Part shown: in pieces, positions 47,057 to 52,273 of the stretch
Layout: each line of letters starts with the position of its first letter
How positions within the stretch are numbered: position 1 is the first letter of the stretch
Assembly (NCBI GenBank): GCA_050008655.1
Contig: JBEKMF010000002.1
Coordinates: 1-52,273, forward strand
Origin: Smithellaceae bacterium
GTDB lineage: Bacteria > Desulfobacterota > Syntrophia > Syntrophales > Smithellaceae
Direction: 5' to 3'
Length of the DNA stretch: 52,273 nt
The notes under the pieces: generated by a model
Told to the model about the DNA's origin: nothing
Seen by the model: only the letters and a program-made list of their open reading frames with translations
The model's database searches: none
Program-made: the position numbers and the translations under genes

Positions 47057-48004
47057 TTATAGAATATTTTTCTTATTTTTAATTATATAATTGGGACGAG
47101 ATTTAGATTCTTCAAAAATCTTCCCTATATATATTCCTGAAATACCTATGGTAATCATTAATAATCCACAAACTAACCAGATTGAAACTACAATACTTGT
47201 CCAACCTTCAATAGTAAAAAGGTTAATAATTCGTGCAATAACAAGAAACAGACCGAACAAAAAAGAAAATAAAGCGATTAAAAAACCAAATTTTATTGAT
47301 AAATGTAGGGGTCTATTTGTGTTGGAAATGATATTATTAAAAGCTAAAGCTAGCAATTTCTTTAAATTGTATGAAGACTCACCAGCAAATCTTTTATCAT
47401 GTTTAACATCAACTGTTGCTTGACTAAATCCAAGCCATTTAATAAAAAAAGTATAATCTCTGTTTTTCTCTTTAAGTAGTCGGTATGCTACAACTACTTT
47501 TTTATTAATAATGCTAAAATTTGCGATTGCATTATCATGATTATGTCCTGTTAGAAAATTGAATATTTTACTGAAAAAATAAGATGTTTTAACTTTAAAA
47601 TATGAATCATGCCGGCTAATCCGTCTGGCTATAACTACATCAAACCCTTCTTTGGCTTTATTATACAACTTAATTATATCCTCGGGTTGATCTTGTAAAT
47701 CGCAATCCATAACTACCGTCCATTCTCCTTGCGCGCAATCTAATCCAGCACCTATAGCATTATGCTGTCCAAAATTGCGTGACAAATCTATTCCTTTAAC
47801 TCTATAGTCTTTCTCTCCAAGCTCATTTATCACATCCCAGGCGCCATCAGGGCTGGCATCGTTTACCAGAATTATTTCGAAATCAGCAGTTATTTTTTCA
47901 AGCGTTTCCTTTAAGCGGAAATATAATTCGTAAAGGCAGGTTCTACAACCATAAACAGGAGAAACTACTGACAGTATTGGGGAAACCTTTGCACAATTAA
48001 TCAT
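47057..48004 (-). CDS. Polyprenyl-phosphate sugar synthase-type GT2 (GtrB/ArnC-like)
   Basis: ILSVVSPVYGCRTCLYELYFRL, IILVNDASPDGAW, DCDLQD. Two C-terminal TM helices. The track start at 48037 is a TTG; the ATG at 48004 (MINCAKVSP) is preferred. Confidence 0.85.
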   Translation of the reverse strand: MINCAKVSPILSVVSPVYGCRTCLYELYFRLKETLEKITADFEIILVNDASPDGAWDVINELGEKDYRVKGIDLSRNFGQHNAIGAGLDCAQGEWTVVMDCDLQDQPEDIIKLYNKAKEGFDVVIARRISRHDSYFKVKTSYFFSKIFNFLTGHNHDNAIANFSIINKKVVVAYRLLKEKNRDYTFFIKWLGFSQATVDVKHDKRFAGESSYNLKKLLALAFNNIISNTNRPLHLSIKFGFLIALFSFLFGLFLVIARIINLFTIEGWTSIVVSIWLVCGLLMITIGISGIYIGKIFEESKSRPNYIIKNKKNIL

Positions 48005-48129
48005 GTTTGCCAATATTTCTAAATGTTCCCATATCAAAAAAAATATAGTTATTCAGGGCTAGCATATTGATATAATAGCATATATACACTGACTTGTGGA
48101 TGTTTTTTGCTAACTTTTCCCTAAGTTCT

Positions 48130-49266
48130 TCAATTTTTTCCGTCACCCAAGATTTTTTTATAAAGAGTTATCAATTTTTCGCCTTCAGATTTCCAATTGT
48201 ATTTTTGCCTGACCATCAGATTTCCATTCTCGCCCATTATTCTTGCCTTTTCCGGATTTTCAATCAACCAGTTAATGGATCCAGTTATTTCATCTACTTT
48301 GTCCGGGGATACGTTGAGTCCAGACTTACATTCCTCAATAAGTTCAACCCATGTAGGGAAATTAGAAGCAATTATAGGTATGCCATAACGCATATAATCA
48401 AATAGTTTGGTTAAGTCTTTCCTTGTATAGTGCTCGGTCTCTGGAAATACAGCTAATCCGGCCAGCCATTTATTGGTTTGAACTATTAAATCCATTTCCT
48501 CTTTTGGAACATATCTATTTTCCCCTATAATGACCAGCCTTTCTCGATTAATCCCAAGTTCATCAATTTTTGCTAAGAGGTAATTGTACGTATGCACGTT
48601 ACACCGTCCAATCATGCAAAGCCCGATTTCGGAATTGTGCTTCAACATTCGGACATGGTTAAAGGCGCCTCGCGCAGATGAAATAACACCTGTATATAAA
48701 CACCAATGATGGTCTTTTTTAAGACAAATCGTGGAGGATGACAAATATGAATTTCTTTCTTTCAAAATAGGATAATTAAGAACAGTAACTCCATCAGGAA
48801 ACCGTTCTGCATAATATTTCTCAGCAATTATTTTCCAACAACAAATCGCAAAAATATGCTCCAGTGCACCCAATAAAGCCGCTAAAGGCAGACGAACATA
48901 AGGCGGTAAATAATCTTTCTGTTTAATCGATGTTATGTAGTTTTCGTGAATATCATAAATGACACGCTTGCCGAAAATTCGCCAAAATGGGGCTAATGGC
49001 AAGAGTTCGAGATCATGAATATGAATTATTTTTGCGCCGGAGCGTAATGATAAAATAAAGGCCTTAGGTACGCCTATCAAAATGCGTCCGATGCGTGATC
49101 TGTGCTTACCAATGATATGATAGCATAATCTGTTATCTGCATGCTTGGGCAGCTGGCTGCAAACAACATGAACTCTGTAATTTTCATTAAGAAGCGTTAT
49201 GCATTCTCTTTCGAAAATTCTCGGATCATCAGAAGAGTGAACAGTTGTCACGTGAGCTATTCTCAT
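48130..49266 (-). CDS. Family 4 (GT-B) glycosyltransferase
   Basis: The track start at 49329 is a TTG. The ATG at 49266 gives MRIAHVTTVHSSDDPRIFERE, a typical GT4 N-terminus. C-terminal half has TEHYTRKDLTKLFDYMRYGIPIIASN. Confidence 0.8.
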   Translation of the reverse strand: MRIAHVTTVHSSDDPRIFERECITLLNENYRVHVVCSQLPKHADNRLCYHIIGKHRSRIGRILIGVPKAFILSLRSGAKIIHIHDLELLPLAPFWRIFGKRVIYDIHENYITSIKQKDYLPPYVRLPLAALLGALEHIFAICCWKIIAEKYYAERFPDGVTVLNYPILKERNSYLSSSTICLKKDHHWCLYTGVISSARGAFNHVRMLKHNSEIGLCMIGRCNVHTYNYLLAKIDELGINRERLVIIGENRYVPKEEMDLIVQTNKWLAGLAVFPETEHYTRKDLTKLFDYMRYGIPIIASNFPTWVELIEECKSGLNVSPDKVDEITGSINWLIENPEKARIMGENGNLMVRQKYNWKSEGEKLITLYKKILGDGKN

Positions 49267-49369
49267 AGAGACAACTCTTTTAATATAACATATTTGTTGT
49301 GGAGAATCATTGACTGACCTATTTGACAAACGGCTTCTTTTATTACACCACCGGATTAAAATTAGTTCA

Positions 49370-50512
49370 TTAATCAGATAAGGTTAGGCTATAGTTATTG
49401 AGTCTCACAGCTTCATAAAGCCTTGCGGATAAGATAGCAGGATCCATAGTGTTTTTAGATAACATGTTTTTTTCGCAATCATAATAGAACTCAAATTGTT
49501 TACTTAAAAATATAGATATATGATTTTCGGCAGATTCTAATTTCAGATATTCTTTAAAAACTTGCAGAGCGTAAGCCATTTCAATTCCTGTAGGGTTATA
49601 GCACCACCTATAACCTGCTTTCTCTCCCCAGCCAAAAGGAAAACCATTGATTATAAAATCAACCGTATTAGAAATGATTTCTTTTAACTTATTGTCACTC
49701 CAGAAAATTTGTTCACTGCTGTACTCGTATGCCAGCGCAAGTCCGTATAAAATAAAACTTAAATATCCCTCGGACAATATCTTTTGTTTATCGTAGTATG
49801 TACTGTTCTTATATGTTCTACCAACTAACCGTTTTGCTATTCTGCGAAAAGACCACGCATTACTATTAAATTCGTGCTTGATTAGGCCTCTTTCTTCAAA
49901 CGAACTGACTAATAAAGGCAAATTAATAAAAAAATCTACCGCCAAATCATTTAATTTTTGATCGCATAAAAATTTACCTATTATTAAATTGAGAGTGGCA
50001 AACCACACTTGTTGATTTAAAGTATGATTTATTCCTAATATTTTCCCGTTTATTTCTGTATTATTCCACACATGTTGTTTATGATCATACCGATGTAACA
50101 AGACAATTTTTTTAGCAACATCCCAATATTCAGGTTTGTTTAAGAGATTACCAATAAATACAAGTGGCTCTATTGCCCATGCCTGACCAATCAGACCATT
50201 ACACATATTTTTCCCTGTTTCATTGGTCCGGCATTTAAAAGTGTATCCGTAAGGGCGCTGCTCTTTTCTTATGATATATTCACATGCTTTAATAGCTGAA
50301 GATAAAAATCTTTCCTCTCCGGTAATTTCATATGCTTTGAAGTTAATTAAAACCCAATGGGCAGTAGTCCTGACATTAGTGTCTACATCGCCCCACGGCC
50401 CGTTATGCCCGCATGGATATTCCCCTGCGGCTTTTTGAATTTTTAAACCTTCACGTGCGCTTCTTGCGATTAAATCATATAACTCAACTTCCAAAATTAC
50501 ACCTCTACACAT
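49370..50512 (-). CDS. Hypothetical protein, probably (alpha/alpha)6-toroid fold (GH88/GH105/epimerase-like); function unknown
   Basis: 380 aa. GHNGPWGDVDTNVRTTAHWVLINF and CNGLIGQAWAIEPL (the GQAWAI motif resembles the RGQAWA motif of six-hairpin glycosidase-like enzymes). Helix-rich by eye. Functional call is weak. Confidence 0.5.
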   Translation of the reverse strand: MCRGVILEVELYDLIARSAREGLKIQKAAGEYPCGHNGPWGDVDTNVRTTAHWVLINFKAYEITGEERFLSSAIKACEYIIRKEQRPYGYTFKCRTNETGKNMCNGLIGQAWAIEPLVFIGNLLNKPEYWDVAKKIVLLHRYDHKQHVWNNTEINGKILGINHTLNQQVWFATLNLIIGKFLCDQKLNDLAVDFFINLPLLVSSFEERGLIKHEFNSNAWSFRRIAKRLVGRTYKNSTYYDKQKILSEGYLSFILYGLALAYEYSSEQIFWSDNKLKEIISNTVDFIINGFPFGWGEKAGYRWCYNPTGIEMAYALQVFKEYLKLESAENHISIFLSKQFEFYYDCEKNMLSKNTMDPAILSARLYEAVRLNNYSLTLSD

Positions 50513-50524
50513 TGAATAGCCGAT

Positions 50525-52174
50525 CTATAAAGCTTCCAATTCTTCATGCATTAGTTTGCTAATGATATAAAAAGCGTTTGCGTAACCGGTCGCGGTTTTT
50601 ATAAAAGGCAACCCCGTGATGCCTGATGCTAAATTTTTAGAAGCTATTCCTCCATATCCTTTGCCATTTTCTGAATTCATGTTTCTTTCACACCAGGCAA
50701 TTGCCTTTTTCGAACAATAAATAAATTTATTATTATTGGTTAATTTGTATAATTCTATAAACAGATAGCTTAATAGAGCAGTAGCTTTTTCACATTTGCC
50801 ACTATATTTTTTTACACTTGTCAGCGGATAAACGTACCCTAACAGATACGGCCATGAACCATCAATTTCTTGCTCCAATATTAGCAACTCACCAAGGCTT
50901 GTTGCGGCATTCAAATAATTATGATTCTTTGTTTCTTTGTAGGAAGCAATCAAACCCTCAAGGACCCATCCATGACCGCGAGTAAACAGTTTATGGGAAA
51001 TACCATTTTTAAAAGAATAATATTGGCCATAAAACCCGTTTTTCAATTGGAATTGTTTTAAAAACCTGCGCATGAAAAAATTTATAGCATTACTATAAAC
51101 TACATTTTTTTTGTCTATAATGATTCTATTATATTCTGCCAAACCTTCTGTAGTAAAACCTGTATCAATGAAACAACCATCTTCTCTCTTACCCTTTTCA
51201 TGGTAAAAATGTGAAGGTACAAACTCATTTTCATAAATTGCCTTTACTACCCAATCAAGTGCAATTTTCGACGCATTTAGATATTCAATAAGGCCGGTAT
51301 GCTTATAAAGAGATAACAATGCCCACTTTACCGCAAACGAAGTGTCATTTACGCCCAGCAGACAATCAAACGAATTATCTGCACTGCCTAAATACCGGTA
51401 TCTGGAAACTAAGGCACCGTAGTTGCTATCCTTCTTATCTAGTATCTGGTTTCTTAGTAATGTATCGCCGATCTTTGATGCCAATGAGATATAAAAATGT
51501 TTGTTGATACTATCTTTCTCCGATAGTTTAAGCAATGCATACACTATTGGGGCATCACTCCATAGCCAATATGACATCCTAAAACATTGATTATCATAAT
51601 CATAAATGGCGTAGCATGAATTCTTGAAAGGTGAGTGTAAGGGATATTCGACTAATGAATTATTGATATATTGCACAGCTGCTTGCAAATAATTATCACC
51701 AATATGAATCAATAAAACATTGTTATTGGAGATATCTGATTCGTTAGAATGCATTAATTTACAAAAGCTTAAATATTTTATTTTTATTTTTCCTTTATAA
51801 GCCAAGACATTTTCGCCTTGTTCCAGTGCAGTAATAGGCACTTCGATTTTATTTTTCCCTTTTTTCAAATAATAATGTTTCCTATTTAAATATTCATTTA
51901 TAATAATGATTGCTTCTTTACTTTGGACAACTATCTCCAGTATAACTTTTGAAGTGCCAGTATATTGTTGATCGGTCAGCCTAAAGTGTTGATATCGATA
52001 ATTCGATAATTGAAGCATATTTTTTTTGTCGAAGCGAGTTTTGATGTTCGAGATATTGAACAAATATTTTTTAACCATCATTTTGGAAATAAGCAAAAAT
52101 GATCCAACATTGAAATATTTTATATTTATTAATTTTACAGCACTATATTTTATCTTAATCAAGTCAGTCTCCAT
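50525..52174 (-). CDS. Hypothetical protein with C-terminal (alpha/alpha)6-toroid-like domain; function unknown
   Basis: 549 aa. N-terminal ~170 aa Lys/Ile-rich domain, then WLWSDAPIVYALLKL, FTRGHGWVLEGLIASY (RG.GW motif), DGSWPYLLGY. Functional call is weak. Confidence 0.5.
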   Translation of the reverse strand: METDLIKIKYSAVKLINIKYFNVGSFLLISKMMVKKYLFNISNIKTRFDKKNMLQLSNYRYQHFRLTDQQYTGTSKVILEIVVQSKEAIIIINEYLNRKHYYLKKGKNKIEVPITALEQGENVLAYKGKIKIKYLSFCKLMHSNESDISNNNVLLIHIGDNYLQAAVQYINNSLVEYPLHSPFKNSCYAIYDYDNQCFRMSYWLWSDAPIVYALLKLSEKDSINKHFYISLASKIGDTLLRNQILDKKDSNYGALVSRYRYLGSADNSFDCLLGVNDTSFAVKWALLSLYKHTGLIEYLNASKIALDWVVKAIYENEFVPSHFYHEKGKREDGCFIDTGFTTEGLAEYNRIIIDKKNVVYSNAINFFMRRFLKQFQLKNGFYGQYYSFKNGISHKLFTRGHGWVLEGLIASYKETKNHNYLNAATSLGELLILEQEIDGSWPYLLGYVYPLTSVKKYSGKCEKATALLSYLFIELYKLTNNNKFIYCSKKAIAWCERNMNSENGKGYGGIASKNLASGITGLPFIKTATGYANAFYIISKLMHEELEAL

Positions 52175-52189
52175 ACGTTTAGAATAAAT

Positions 52190-52273
52190 TCATAACAGAT
52201 GTGATGCATAATTTTTAAAATCAGCGATTAAATTACGGCAGTTTTCTTTGTCTAAACTGTATAATAAAGTGGC
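52190..52273 (-). CDS. 3' end of a further upstream minus-strand gene (only the last 27 codons are in the window)
   Basis: Frame is open from the right edge to the TGA at 52192-52190 (ATLLYSLDKENCRNLIADFKNYASHLL), 15 nt before the next ATG. This is consistent with the operon-like packing, but too short to identify. Confidence 0.3.
   Translation of the reverse strand, partial: ATLLYSLDKENCRNLIADFKNYASHLL

Noticed and set aside
1-52273. All plus-strand ORFs in the track (e.g. 3579-4352, 2270-2704, 17865-18413, 33179-33658, 41584-42012).
   Set aside because: Each lies entirely antisense to a minus-strand gene with clear family motifs. None shows recognisable motifs, and many are rich in Arg/Ser/Cys, as expected for shadow frames.
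1-52273. Search for tRNA/rRNA genes, CRISPR repeats, IS elements, integrases, toxin-antitoxin or defence-system genes.
   Set aside because: I saw no repeat-spacer periodicity, no cloverleaf-like or rRNA-like segments, and no transposase, integrase or nuclease motifs in any ORF. The window appears to be purely glycan biosynthesis plus anion uptake and activation.

Overview
All credible coding capacity in this 52,273-nt window is on the minus strand. About 42 genes are packed head to tail, many with ATGA / TGATG / TAATG stop-start overlaps. Together they form one very large cell-envelope glycan biosynthesis super-locus (O-antigen / EPS / S-layer-glycan type). In transcription order (high to low coordinates): two (alpha/alpha)6-toroid-like proteins; a GT4; a polyprenyl-phosphate-type GT2; a 773-aa ATP-grasp::KamA-type radical-SAM fusion; a SAM methyltransferase; a large GT-C-like membrane protein; a Wzx-like flippase; a GT4; a TylF-like O-methyltransferase; a PglC/WbaP-type initiating phosphoglycosyl transferase; an aldo/keto reductase; a TPP-dependent E1 alpha/beta pair; a CapD/PglF-type 4,6-dehydratase; two GT9 enzymes flanking a DUF2142-like membrane protein; an ArnT-like GT-C with a polyprenyl-P GT2 partner; a GT4; two tandem paralogous sulfotransferases; a radical SAM/SPASM protein; a GT4; a GT2; a GNAT-like protein; a methyltransferase; a second flippase; GalE; another ArnT-like GT-C; pstSCAB translationally coupled to cysD-cysNC (PAPS synthesis); and wzm-wzt, where Wzt carries a C-terminal extension. 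The locus ends with a methyltransferase carrying a repeat-encoded coiled coil, and an edge-truncated methyltransferase-glycosyltransferase fusion that the supplied ORF track missed. I recognised no rRNA, tRNA, CRISPR array, transposase or integrase. The most interesting points are: (1) the ATP-grasp::aminomutase-like radical SAM fusion; (2) a complete glycan sulfation module, with a Pst-type ABC importer coupled to cysD-cysNC and two sulfotransferases coupled to a radical SAM/SPASM enzyme; (3) a 4,6-dehydratase + TPP E1 alpha/beta + reductase set that suggests a two-carbon branched-chain sugar; (4) a strongly mosaic base composition, with short 5' remnants of displaced genes (WecE-like, GT2-like, possibly FkbM-like and WecB-like) at block junctions. 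Family assignments come from motifs read by eye, not from database searches, and the lineage cannot be assigned.
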